A stretch of DNA of 52,762 bases, taken from assembly GCA_051453625.1 (NCBI GenBank), contig JBOZIK010000001.1:7137011-7189772 (forward strand), in the 5' to 3' direction. The notes below the pieces were generated by a model, which made no database searches, was not told where the DNA came from, and saw only the letters and a list, made by a program, of their open reading frames with translations. The DNA is from Welwitschia mirabilis (lineage: Eukaryota). The position numbers were made by a program, and so were the translations under genes. Numbering within the stretch: position 1 is the stretch's first letter; each line of letters opens with the position of its first letter. Shown one piece after another: positions 13,964-26,540 of this stretch.

Positions 13964-15900
13964 AGCCAAGATCTTATATAAAAGACCTTGTCATTAATTT
14001 CCTAGCAAATAGCTCTTCTTAATCTCTTAACTCTAAGATCTCTTACTTTTCCATTCTGAACTCCAACTATCAAAAAGTAATATTCATTTCATAATTAACT
14101 TTTACTTATATCGCTTGAAAAGAAATATTAATCATAACAGAATCCTTTAATATTAGACCCTTCCATGTTTTTCTAGACATAGCATATGTCTTACACCCAG
14201 ATTCCTTCTAATTAATAGATATTGATTTCCAACATGGTCATTAGACATGGCAAATTTTATTTTCCATACAAGCATGCTAAAATTTTAGTAACTAGACCCC
14301 TAACTAATGTAAACTCATTTTATATTTATTTTTCAAGGATGCTTTTGTGTCATTATATATGAGGCATTTAAAAAAGGGAAATAAAGTTAAGAACAAGTCT
14401 TGAACCGTTATCTAGTTTGAACTCGTATAAGAAAGCATGAAAATTCAATTGAAGAAATTCTATAGATACTTAAACAATGCACATTAAATTAAGAAATATA
14501 TAAAATGGAGGAAAAGAATAGTATTATAGAGGCATATATAACAAGTTACAAAGGAGATATCTTAGCATATCACTATTAAATTCAAAGATATAGAAACAAA
14601 AGAAAAAATTTGGGATAATCAGAGTAATCTAGAAAGAAGTTTTGTAAATAAATAAAGATTTTAAACAAAAGGATCTTGTAAAACAAATATAGAAAAAATG
14701 AAAAGATGTAAAATAAGACAAAGACACGAAAAATCTTATTATTTCAATGAAAGATATATTGTAGTTATTAAATATTAAATAAATTAGCTCCTTTTAATTT
14801 TACACTATGAGCTTTTAAATATTGGTGGGTCTATAATAAATAAATCTATAATTTTTTTAGTATTTTTTTCTTTGAAAACAAAGTACAAGTAAGCCAAAAT
14901 CTTATACAAAAACCCTGCTCCTGAAGTTCCTAGTGAATATCTCCTTTTAAGCTCTGAACTCTAGGATCTCTCATTTCTCCATCATCAACTCTAGCTATGA
15001 AAGCATATTACTCATCTCACCACTTACTCTTATTTATATGGATTGAAAAAGAATCTTAATCATGAAGGAATCCTTTAATATTATCCTCTTACATGTTTTT
15101 CTACACATACCATATTCCTCACACCTAGATTTTCTCTAAGCATGCTAAATTAATGGCTATTCATTTCCAACATGGCGATTACACATGTCAGATCTTATTT
15201 TCTATACAAGCACATTAAAATCTTAGTAAATAAACTTATAACTAATGAAAACTCATTGTAATGCTATTTTTCAAGGATTTTTTTACATCACTGTTTATAA
15301 GGAATTTAAAAAAGAAAAAGAATAAAAGTAAGAAAAGTCTTTGAACCTTCATGGAATTGTAACTCTTATAAAAGAGGATGAAAATTTGACTAAAGAGATT
15401 CTATAATTACTTTTAAAATGCAAATTAATAAAATAAATATATAAAAATAAAAAAGTATTATAGAGGCATACATGATAAGGCATAAAGGAGAAAAATCTTA
15501 GGATATCACTATTAAATTTAGAGATACAAAAGCAAAACAGAAAAATTGGGATAATCAAAGTAATTTAAAAGAAGAATAGCTTTAGATAAATAAAGATCTT
15601 AAATAAAAGGATCTTGCAAGAGAAAACAGAGAATGGAAAGATGTAAAATAAGATAAGAACATAGAAAATTTTCTTATTTCAATGTAAAATATCTTACAAT
15701 TATTAAAACTTAAATGAACATAGAAGAATGGAAAGCTGGAAAATGAGAAAAAGACATAGAAAATTTCCTTATTTCGATGAAAAATATTTTATCGTTATCA
15801 AAAATCAAATGAATTAGGTCCTTCTAACTTTATACTCCAAGTTTTTAATATTGGTAAGTCTATGGTAGATAAAAATCTTAGTTTTTGTAGCATTCTTTTC
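13964..15900 (+). repeat. Diverged ~0.93-kb tandem duplication (13964-~14870 and 14892-~15900)
   Basis: Shared collinear anchors include AGCCAA.ATCTTATA, GAATCCTTTAATATTA, CATGTTTTTCTA, ATTTCCAACATGG, TTTTTCAAGGAT, GGGATAATCA and AAAAGGATCTTG. Copy 2 has an additional ~100-bp internal duplication (~15625-15815). Confidence 0.9.
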
Positions 15901-16493
15901 TTCAATGGTTTTGACATTTTTCTCATTACAAATACTTAAGATGATAAAGAATATTCCTATTTATTAATTGCTATTTTTATATTACTTATTTTTCTAACAA
16001 AAGAAAAACATATTCAAGGTAGATAATTCTTAATGTTTGGTTGTTTTAATTCATAATATTTTAGATAAACAAAATAAAAGTTAAAAGGGTAGATGAGAAT
16101 ATTTAATATATTCCTCTTAAATTATGACATAGAAAGTGGATTTGTATTCAGCTTTAAATTATTTTGCTTTAAGAAAAGTTATTCTATACAATAGAGAAAG
16201 TCTTTTATAAGATTATCAACTTCAATACCCACATACATATATCACAACTTTTCTTTAAATGGGAAAATATTTATATATGAATATTTAAATAACAAAATTA
16301 GTTTTGAGAACATTTAAACTATTAATTCAAAATCTCAAAGATCCTTAGACAATTAAAAAAAAGGATATATTTGCTTAAAATAAAGGTTTAAATTATAGGA
16401 AAAAATAATTACTAGAATGGAATAATAATTAGATCTTCTCGTTTTAAATGAAATAAAAAAGTTTAAACTATTATGATTTTACATTAGTAGGCT

Positions 16494-19400
16494 CTTTATT
16501 TTTTTTCTTTTTTGAGAAACAATAAATAAAAATATTAGAAACTAGAATAAAAGAAGATTCCAACATAGCTTAAAAGTTATTTTTCGATGCTCTATAGAAC
16601 TCACATTGGTAATTAAACCCCTCAAACATCAGCATCTAATTTAGTTAGCTTTTATTCCTAAGTCTATTCAGATATTGGTTCTAAACTAGCATATCCCAAT
16701 GGATTAACAACAAGGTGGTATTCATTTAGAGAAAATTTAGAAGGAGGAATTTGAAAAAGCAGACTCACAGTAATGGACTCAGTTTCTTCTTCTTCTTCTT
16801 CTTCTTCTTATTGTAGCTAATTAATATCCTACATTTCAGACTAATATTGTTGTTCTTGTTCTTTTGGCACATCATTAGTAAGCCTATCCAATGTGGGAGA
16901 CCATTCTCCTTATCACTTTGACTGTATTTAAGAGGCTTTAACAACAAACATTTTGGATAAGCCTTTTTGGGATATCTTGCCAAGCGAAAACTCCTACATA
17001 TATCTAAATTTTTCTTTAATGAAGAAGCCAAATTCAACCTTCATGCCTTACATTGCAGCTTTGCATGGAGGAGGGAGCAAATTTTAGAGGGAAAAAAAGG
17101 AGACCTATCTAGAATTATCCCATCATTACAGCAAGAAAATTGAAATGCAACCCATTGATTTTGTCAAAATTCCTTTCTAAGATGAAATACTTCATAATCA
17201 AAGCTACTTAGGAATTAAAATGCTTTTGAAGATCTTTTTTCTTATAGCTTCCTCTTCATTTTATTAGAGATTTCCCTATTAAGTTTTCAAACTAAGCCAT
17301 TATGAAGGCTTAAAGAGCATTCTTTTTTAGCTCAACACCTTGCAGGCCTATGTGGATAGTATCACTAATTGAAGGAATGTCAATAAAAATAATAATATTA
17401 CCTATTATTGTATATTTATCATTTCATCTCCTTAATAACTCCTTTGAAAGATTTAAATCATTCCCCTAAGACTCAACACATAAGAGTCTCATCTTATAGC
17501 TTAGAAGACCTCTCAAGTCTGTTCATGATTTAGCAACGTGTCATGCTTGGCTGGTTCAGTTTCAAAGCCTTTTCCATATCTTCTGGCAAATCAAGATTAT
17601 TGTATCTGCAAGTGCCTATTCAATGTAATTCTAATTCTCTTATGTCATGTGGTTTAAATGCCTCCTACTACATGTTTGTCTATAATTAAAAATCATGTTT
17701 ATTTGCAGGTTTATATGAGATCCCCATTTATGGCTATGGATCTAATCCAATTTTCCAATGTACTAAATGATTTTGAACTTTAACTTTAAGAGAGAGATTT
17801 TTTCATACTGAAATATAATGTTGCACATGTGCTTTCATAATAACTAATCTTCAATGATAATGTGTTATCAATTCTGAGATAGTTAAATTTTTCAAAGCTA
17901 AAATGAGAGGGACAAACAAGTGAGGTCAAGTATCATTATCTTCATGGCACATGGGATAATACTAATCTATTCTTAAATTCCTTTGAATGAGGTTATCTCT
18001 ATATGAACCCAATTCATTAACATATACCATCAAAACATATTGATTTTATTAGGAATATCAAGCTTTAATAAACTCTGGCATCTGTCATCATACTTAAAAA
18101 TATTGTAATACTTCTAGAAATGCTTATTTTACCATTTTGAATAGGAAGGGCATGATTTTCAAAAATCTATGGCCAAATTTCTCTTATGAAATGGATCATT
18201 TGCCTCCAAAATATAGAATGCCTTTTATAGTCTATGTTATTTTCCTTAAAAAATTTTATCTAAGAAATGTTATTTACTAAATAAAATCTACAATTGTACT
18301 TAGCTATAATGCATTTTCTTCTATCTAAATTTTTGTCACCCCAAGGCCTCTCACTTTCTTTGGTATGACAATCTAGTTAAAATTAATGAGATGGAGCCTC
18401 TTATGGGATTTACCATCTAATCAAATGAAATATCTAATTAAATTATTAATTAAGCTGGTGTTTTTTTAAAGATAGAAAAACAACTAGTAGGATATAGAGT
18501 CATGCTTAGTAAGCACGATTTAGCAAGAAGGATTTTGCCTATACTTAAGAGAAATTTGATATCCCATCTACTCAACTGGGCTATAATTATTCCTACTAAG
18601 GGAGGCCAGATGTTTTTAACAATTTGATTTGAATCAAAAGGAAATACAAGATAAGCATCTGAAAAGTTTTCTTGGAAACATTAAAAAACTTTCAGAATGT
18701 CTAATTTTTTCTATTGAGGCATATTCATCAAGAATAGTTTTGATTTATATCAATTAATAATAAGGCCTAAAAGATTTTTGAACTCATCCAAGCTATTATG
18801 ATCTTACCAAGCCACAGGAACACTAGAGTTTAAACACAATAGAGTATCATCTACAAACTAAAGAATAGAAAAGAAAGGGCTAATTCGATTGCTAATATTT
18901 TCTACTAAAATGATAGTATAGCTAACGAATCCATTACCAAAATAAAAATATGGGGATATAAGGGGTCACAATATCAAAGACCACTACACCCTTGGAAGTA
19001 ATCATATCGCTTACCATTAACCAGTACAAAGAAGGATGGCATTGAGATACAAAAGTAAATAAGATTCTTGAGTGATGTGAGAAGACCGTGCTCATGTAAT
19101 ATAAAATCTATTGTTTCCCATTTCATGGTATCAAAGGATCTAGCTATGTCTAGATTGAGGAACATTACAGTTTTGTTTTTCAATGGAACAAGTGAATGAA
19201 TTCATTAGCCAAGATGATGTTGTTGTGGATGACTATTTTATATATAAAACCAGATTAAGAAGGCAAAACCATGTCTTGAAGTAGATTTTTTAGCTAGCTA
19301 GCAATAATCTTAGAGAAAATCTTATAAAAAATATTACATAAGCTGATTGGCCTATATTATTAGTGGCTTTCTGCATCTTCTGATTTAGGGATAAGAGTGA

Positions 19401-22400
19401 TGAGAGTATCATTAAATAGCTTGTAGAAGGGACATTTTTTAAAGGTTCCCTAAACTATAGCATAAACATCTAACTTAATGATATCTCAGAAGATCTAGTA
19501 GAACTCCACTGTAAAACAAACAGGACCATGAGCTTGGTTTTTTTCAAGAAGTTAATTATTCATCTGATTTCATCTTCTATGACTTGTTTGTTTAGATAAG
19601 ATAGTTGCTTTTCTAAAATAGGGGGCCAGTTAGAACATTTTGCAAGTCCACTAGCTATTCTATGAAGAGGTTCTAGAAGTATCCAATGAAAGAGTTTGCA
19701 ATTTNNNNNNNNNNNNNNNNNNNNNNNNNNNNNNNNNNNNNNNNNNNNNNNNNNNNNNNNNNNNNNNNNNNNNNNNNNNNNNNNNNNNNNNNNNNNNNNN
19801 NNNNNNNNNNNNNNNNNNNNNNNNNNNNNNNNNNNNNNNNNNNNNNNNNNNNNNNNNNNNNNNNNNNNNNNNNNNNNNNNNNNNNNNNNNNNNNNNNNNN
19901 NNNNNNNNNNNNNNNNNNNNNNNNNNNNNNNNNNNNNNNNNNNNNNNNNNNNNNNNNNNNNNNNNNNNNNNNNNNNNNNNNNNNNNNNNNNNNNNNNNNN
20001 NNNNNNNNNNNNNNNNNNNNNNNNNNNNNNNNNNNNNNNNNNNNNNNNNNNNNNNNNNNNNNNNNNNNNNNNNNNNNNNNNNNNNNNNNNNNNNNNNNNN
20101 NNNNNNNNNNNNNNNNNNNNNNNNNNNNNNNNNNNNNNNNNNNNNNNNNNNNNNNNNNNNNNNNNNNNNNNNNNNNNNNNNNNNNNNNNNNNNNNNNNNN
20201 NNNNNNNNNNNNNNNNNNNNNNNNNNNNNNNNNNNNNNNNNNNNNNNNNNNNNNNNNNNNNNNNNNNNNNNNNNNNNNNNNNNNNNNNNNNNNNNNNNNN
20301 NNNNNNNNNNNNNNNNNNNNNNNNNNNNNNNNNNNNNNNNNNNNNNNNNNNNNNNNNNNNNNNNNNNNNNNNNNNNNNNNNNNNNNNNNNNNNNNNNNAT
20401 GAATTTGAGAGATAAAGAACTTTTCATAATCTATAAAGGAATTATTGGGCTTGTTCTGATTCTGAATAATTTTGATCTCTATTTCCAATAGATTTCTTTA
20501 TTTGAGGAGATACCATGAATTTGAGAGATAAAGAACTTTTCATAATCTATAAAGGAATTATTGGGCTTGTTCTGATTCTGAATAATTTTGAGCTCTTCTA
20601 ATAATTGAGTTTTAAAATTCTTAAATAAGTCATTTAACTGTATCTTCCAACTAATTAGCTTATTCTTTAACATTTTAAGCTTTTAAAATAATCTATAAGT
20701 ACCTTCTACCTAAGTATTCATAATAAGATTAAGGAGATCAATAAAGCTTGGATCTTTTATCCACATGTGCTCAAAGAGAAAAAGAGATTTCTTCTAAGAA
20801 GAGTTCATAGTTAACACTATAGGTTTATCATCTTTAAAAAAAAAAAAAAAACTTGCTTTAGCTCTGATAAAGAAATGTTCATTCAAATTTTTAACCATGC
20901 ATCTATCAATTCTAAACATAACTATATTGGGTTGTTCTCTAAGATTGCTCTAAGTATAAATTACATCATGAAAATGAAGATATTTATGGCCATAGTTATT
21001 AATATAATCAGTAAAAATATCAATAGTAAAAGACTAAGAAAATTACAAAGTTTTTCATAAGAACTAAAAATTTGATTAAAATCTTTCATGATTATGTCTA
21101 GGAAGTCTAACATTATTTGATGAAGACATTGTAATATTTGGGATACATCCTAAGATCCATAGAAATTGGTAATTCTTCTTCTTTTTTGTTTTTTTTTCTT
21201 TTAAATTTAAGATCTCATCAATGATGAGGTTGTTATTACTTCTACTACTAATAATAATGATATCATGCTTCCAGAGAAGCATTAATCCTCTTGTTTTGCC
21301 ATTACTTGATACTAAAAAAAGGTTAAGAGCTTTTAATCCCATTTCATTTCTTAGAGAATATACATATACATTTGAGATTCTTTTAATAGACTTTAAAGAT
21401 GAAAAAAATTTTATTCATTGTAATTCCAAGAAATAATTATTGGAAGGAGAGTTAAAAATATTTATCATCTCAAATGTCCTCCTTCTCCATTTTACCTTTA
21501 TGAGTATTCATTCTAATCCTCTTATATGTTTTTCCATATTTTACATTTTTACTTGTAGTTGATGTATATGCAGCATGTTCTTCTAGTGCCATTTCATTCT
21601 CTTTCTAATCCTGTCCAGGCATTGTTTTTGATGTTTGAATTTGAGGTTTTGTCAAGCACACTGATGCATTATGGATGCACTCCATTTGTTGTATTTCCTA
21701 TTTGTTATTTTTCTAGATATTTTTTAGATCTTTTTCCTCTGACTAATCTGGTTCTTCCTCAGGCAAGATGTCAAATTTAATTACTTGAGTAATCAGATTA
21801 TTATTAGGGGCTAAAGCTAGTTTCTTGTTACATTCATTTTTCTTTACTTCTTGTCAATCATTCTTTGTCATTTTTTCATTCTTCTTGCATTTCTCCATTG
21901 TACACCCATTTTCACCACATTTTGAACATTGTAATGGGATATTTTGAACCTCTAAGTTAAAAACTAATTCATCCCATGGAATATATAAAATAATTTTTTT
22001 AGCTTTGAAACTATCTAGTTTCATGTATATACAAATTCTCGTAGTTGTCATTCTCATTATTAGATTCATGTTTTTATCTAGCTTAAGAAACTCTCCTAAC
22101 ACATTACCTAGTTACCTAAAAGAATCTGGGTGCCATATTTTTTATGTAAGTTTGAAATATAAATCCACACTGGGATATTTTTAAAAATGATTAGTTTATT
22201 AAGAATAAAAGTAGACCATTTAGTTAGGGCTAAACCCCTATAGCTAAAGAAATAAGGCCCTTATACTAAAACCTTATTCATTTCCTCCTCCGTATCGAAA
22301 GCAGAATGTAGTAACCCATCTCTAAGAGGGATTACCTTGCATCTTGCAAGAAATTTTTAGTCACATCATAATCACATTTTTTAATGAGCAAGAGCCCTTC

Positions 22401-23050
22401 TAAAGATTAAAATTTATTAATGAGGTTGTTCTTAAAATGGGCCTATAAATGTCTAGAATAATTTTTTGGCATCTTTACGCGAATGATGTTTCCTCCATGC
22501 TTAAAGCCAAAGTCCAAGCTAGGGAAGCTTTAAGGCTTAATTACCCCACTAAGTTCACATATGATTTGGTGCCTAATGATTCTGCCACCATTGAAGAGTA
22601 TTTTCTCACTTTTGCTACCTTGGATACCTTAAATCCACTTAAGCTTATCCTTTCAGGCTTTGAGGGTTTGTGAGATACTAATTGAAAAACCTCCCCTCAA
22701 GGGTAGAAAAGCTGGTATGAGATCTAAGCGTTATTGTTATGCCCTTTTAGGTTTTCACAATAATGATGCTACTAAGAAGCTTATTGAGGATGTGTTGAAG
22801 ATGCATTAGAATTACCAACCCAATGAACTAAATAAATACTAGCTGAAACCACCATTTGAAAACCTCCAAAAAAAGCTCTTAACGAGGAAACCACATTATA
22901 GGAAAGCATAAGAGGTTTAGTGTGTGAAAGGTGTGTTTGACCTAATGAAGAATGCCCCTATGCTTATAGCAGAGTACTCCGAGCACAAACCTTAGTAGTT
23001 TCGCTCTACTCCTCTCCCACCCATACAAGTGCTCCCTTTCTCTTCCTCTT
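16494..23050 (-). mobile_element. Near full-length degenerate plant L1-clade LINE (ORF1 plus EN-RT-zf ORF2)
   Basis: ORF1 DUF4283/zf-CCHC-like LGEFLKLD..RICI..NIPLQCSKCGENGCTMEKC (21854-22102). Endonuclease IIISWN (~21420-21440), NGKTRGLMLLWK and LFEHMWIKDP (~20760). RT YRPISLCNIFYKIFSKIIA (~19300-19355), LDIARSFDTMKW..SFFVLVNG (18974-19183) and FVDDTL (~18845). zf-RVT-like PMCHEDNDT*PHLF (~17920-17960). A-rich tail at 16494-16513. Ends are approximate and no TSD was found. Confidence 0.92.
20399..20596. repeat. Near-perfect ~80-bp duplication (period 116 bp) abutting an N gap
   Basis: ATGAATTTGAGAGATAAAGAAC...GAATAATTTTGA starts at both 20399 and 20515. Confidence 0.9.
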
Positions 23051-23539
23051 AAAAATATTCAACTCTTAACTTTTCAATCACTACTCTAATAATTTTTCCA
23101 AGCATTTAACATATTAAAGTACATAAAAATTTAGTAGTATCTGTTCATTAACCACTTCATTTTATGATTTTGGTAGTATTTCATTATTATCATCTTTGAA
23201 AAATAAAATTTTCTTGTATAATGATAAAAATAAAATGAATTTTTTTAATTTGACGTGCAAAAAGTATGAATTACTTTTGTAGATCTTTTAAAAATTACAT
23301 TGACTATCATTTAACATGTATCTAAGGTATAATGTATAAGAAAAAAATAATTGTTTGGTAATGAATGAATAGAAGCTAAGATGACCCTTAAGTACTAAGA
23401 AAAGTTAATAGATGAAATTAAATCTTATAAGAATCTAATTCACAATAATAAGAGACAATCATGAAATAAAGACAATTTTTAGGTACTCCTTTGAAATAGA
23501 GGAGGAAAAATATGAGATATATATTTTTTCTTTTTAAGA

Positions 23540-24260
23540 TATCCAAATGTTTTATTAAGACTTATTTAAGAATAATAACGGAATAGAATACTTTTTAAAT
23601 ACCATTAGCATACTATCACTTTCCTTGGAAGATATATATGAAGGAAGTTATCTTATTTTAAGGAAGGCAATAGATGTAAATGGCTCTATGGAAAAATTTT
23701 AGAGTGTAAAAGAATCTTAATCATATTTTAAAATTTTAATTAAATAAATAATAATGTATTAAATTGATCTTTATGTTGTCCAAAATCAATTGTCACAATG
23801 GTTAAGTCTTAGACATACTAACAGTAGGGTCCACAGTTTAAACCTCTACATTGGTAAGGGTGCATAGTTTGAAAACCTGCATAGGCCCAAGTGCCATGAG
23901 GAATTTGTGTGGTACATACCTACTTACTAGTTATTATCCTCTAATAAAAAAAAAAAGATCATTATGTTATCTGAAAAAAAATAAATTTAAATAATTACAC
24001 AATGTCTTAAGTATGTTTCTTTCAATATTGATCTTAAAGCATTTCATTGGTAAAAAAAATTATTTTTTTTTGGTATTTTTTAAAAGATTTATGTAATCAT
24101 TCAAAATAAATTTCATTATGATTATAAAATATTGAAACTCTAATAACTTTATTATCTATAATGAAAACATTGTACATAGAGATCTATATCCAACTCATCA
24201 ATGACCTTTCTCAAGAAAGCATGATGTTTTATCATTCTATGGATATTAAGCAAGATTCAC
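23540..24260 (+). pseudogene. Probable receptor-like kinase (LRR-XII-like) kinase-domain pseudogene, interrupted by a SINE
   Basis: Ordered degenerate motifs: YPNV.Y*DLFKNNNG (cf. VSYQDL..ATNGF); SLEDIYEG (SFGSVYKG); AIDVNGSMEKF (AVKV..GA.KSF); IITQCLKYVSFNIDLKAF (IITACSSID..NDFKAL, 23991-24044); ENIVHRDLYPT (~24163-24195); FYGY*ARF at the expected DFGLARF spacing. Confidence 0.55.
23781..23956 (+). mobile_element. tRNA-derived SINE (~176 bp) with target-site duplication
   Basis: Box A-like TGTCACAATGG (23791-23801), box B-like AGTTTAAACC (23835-23844) and an A11 tail (23946-23956). Flanked by GATCTTTATGTTGTC (23766-23780) and GATCATTATGTTATC (23957-23971), 13/15 identical. Confidence 0.8.
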
Positions 24261-25959
24261 CTCTCTCTTTAATAGTTTTTGAAATTTTCATTGATGAATT
24301 AGATGCTTGAATAAATGAAATATTTCAAAGTTAGTTTATATGAATAAGATACTACCTTGTGAACCTCTTACTATTTTGTAAACTATTAGTATTAGAATTA
24401 ACATCAATATATAAAAATCAAAGTTATGGTTTATAATTAGGTATGATGTTGATTTTAGTTTTCAAATAATTATCTCATTCTATAAATTCTTGGGTTTATG
24501 ATACTTTAATAATTCTATATCTATAGTTTCGTAAATTTGAATATATATTATTTTATAAATCTATAGTTACATAAATTTGTAATTTCATAGTTTTAGTTAG
24601 TTTTTCATTTTTCATATTTACTAAATGCCTACAAAAAAAAATTGTGAAGAACATATTAAGCAAGAAATTACATCAACAATTGAAAATCTATTTTATTGGA
24701 ATAACCCAAAAAAACATAAATGGTAAACATGGAAACAAGTACTATTCCAAAAATCAAATGGGAAATTATGGTAATAAAGTCATAAATCTTGAACCCATGG
24801 TGCAAGTTTTTATTATGCAAATGAATTTTTTACTAAATCATATGAAGAATCAACATAAAGAGGTTCAAAGAAACTAGAGTTTATGAAAAAATTGAATCAG
24901 CATACAAGATCTAAGATTTTCATAAGAATAATAAAAGTACTAAAGGTAGCATAAAAAGAATAAAAATACTAAAGGAAATGTTCCAAATGTTGATGTAGCT
25001 ATGTTTAGAGCTATAAAAGAATAAATGAAAAGTAAGAAAGATCACTAAATCTTTATGTAGTTAGGGTTTCTAAAAGATAAAACAAATATTTCACTAAAGA
25101 AATTCCACATTACAAAAAGAAAAAATTCTTTTTTAAAAAACATATTTTATAGGCTTATAAGATAGGCACCAATAGGTAAATCTTAACATATCATAATCAT
25201 ATTCAAATTTGTATGAGAAAAAGAGAGAATTTCTAATAATCTAAGTAACCTTCAAAAAAGAAAAAAATTAGTAATAATAATAATAAATTAATTAAAAAAA
25301 GAAACAAACACTTAGATAAATGAAATATGTTATGTGAAGTGCATTTATAAAGAAAATAAAAGAGCTTTAAAATGTAAAACAACTTAAAGAAAAATAAAAA
25401 TTTGCTTATTTAAGTTTAAAACATATTATAATTAATAAATATGAAAAATAGAGGTTTTTCTTTTTACATTAAGGATTCTTACATACTAATGGCTCTATAG
25501 TAAATGAAGTTCTTAACCTTTTGAAATTTAGAATATGAAGAATGGGGTGGATGAGATAGGAAGAGACTTAGGATCTTGGGTGAAAGGGTGAGAGTAAGAA
25601 AGGTAGGCCTAGATAACAGCCAATGGAGATCCATGAAGAGCCACAAAGAAGAGGTGATATTTGAGATGGGAGAAAGAATTCCTTCTCCTTCCCCTTTTCT
25701 GAGATAAAAATAGGAAGTATCAATTTAGGGAAGGAATGAAGCAGAGTAAGCTCCTTAGTGTAGAATTAGTAGAGAGGATTGAAACGAGAGATGTTATACT
25801 AGGTCATTGATGATGCAAGTGTATTAGAGGCATGTTGGAAAAGATCATAGTTTAAGTAAGTTTCTTTTCTCAGTCTTTGTAGATCACTTCTTCTACTATG
25901 AGATTCTTCTGAAAAGGTAGAAGTTCAAAATAAAAGTCTTTTATCAAGCAATACATAGA

Positions 25960-26540
25960 TATGAAGGAGAGGTTGAGACTTAGTTTAATTAGTAGATTTG
26001 TTTCATCTAAATCATGTTCAAGCATGAAAGTAAATATAAAGTCTGTTGTACTGATTTCGACATGTATCTTAGTAGTTTAACGTATAGCACTAGTAGAGGG
26101 CTTAGTGTTATTCTAGTTTGATTTGAAGAGGATTTGAATAGCATAATAATAAGAGGACCCTAGTTTTTTTATGCACGAGATTTGTTCCTAGTGAGGTAGA
26201 AAATAAGGGAGGATTTAAAAAAAAAAAACAAAAACAAAAACTACCAATATGGAATAGGCTAAAGAAACTAAGTTTAACCCTCTAGAATTAGGCTTTCATA
26301 CAAGAACTTGTAGCATAGTTTGTAGATGTTACTAGGCTGGACCCAATAACACTTAGTGCAATAAGAATGATGATAATCAGGTTCTGTTCTTAGATTGATC
26401 TAGAACTAGCAAAATCTGTTAGAGAATTCAAGTCATTTACAACCTTGGAGTTGATAGAGTATATGTAGAATACAAGAACTTACCTAGTACATGTGACCAC
26501 TGTAAAATAATAGAACATGTTAAAATGTACTACCTTAAAT
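25960..26540 (+). mobile_element. Degenerate LINE ORF1 fragment (DUF4283 plus zinc knuckle)
   Basis: Fragments RLSLISRF, EEDLNSIIIRGP*FF, LPIWNRLK and RVYVEYKNLPSTCDHCKIIEH match the plant L1 ORF1 pattern (GPW.F, P.WV, V.YE.LP.FC..C..IGH). Confidence 0.75.

Noticed and set aside
24600..25050. Possible CACTA ORF2/Transposase_24-like remnant
   Set aside because: Only a vague resemblance, with no diagnostic motif or TIR.
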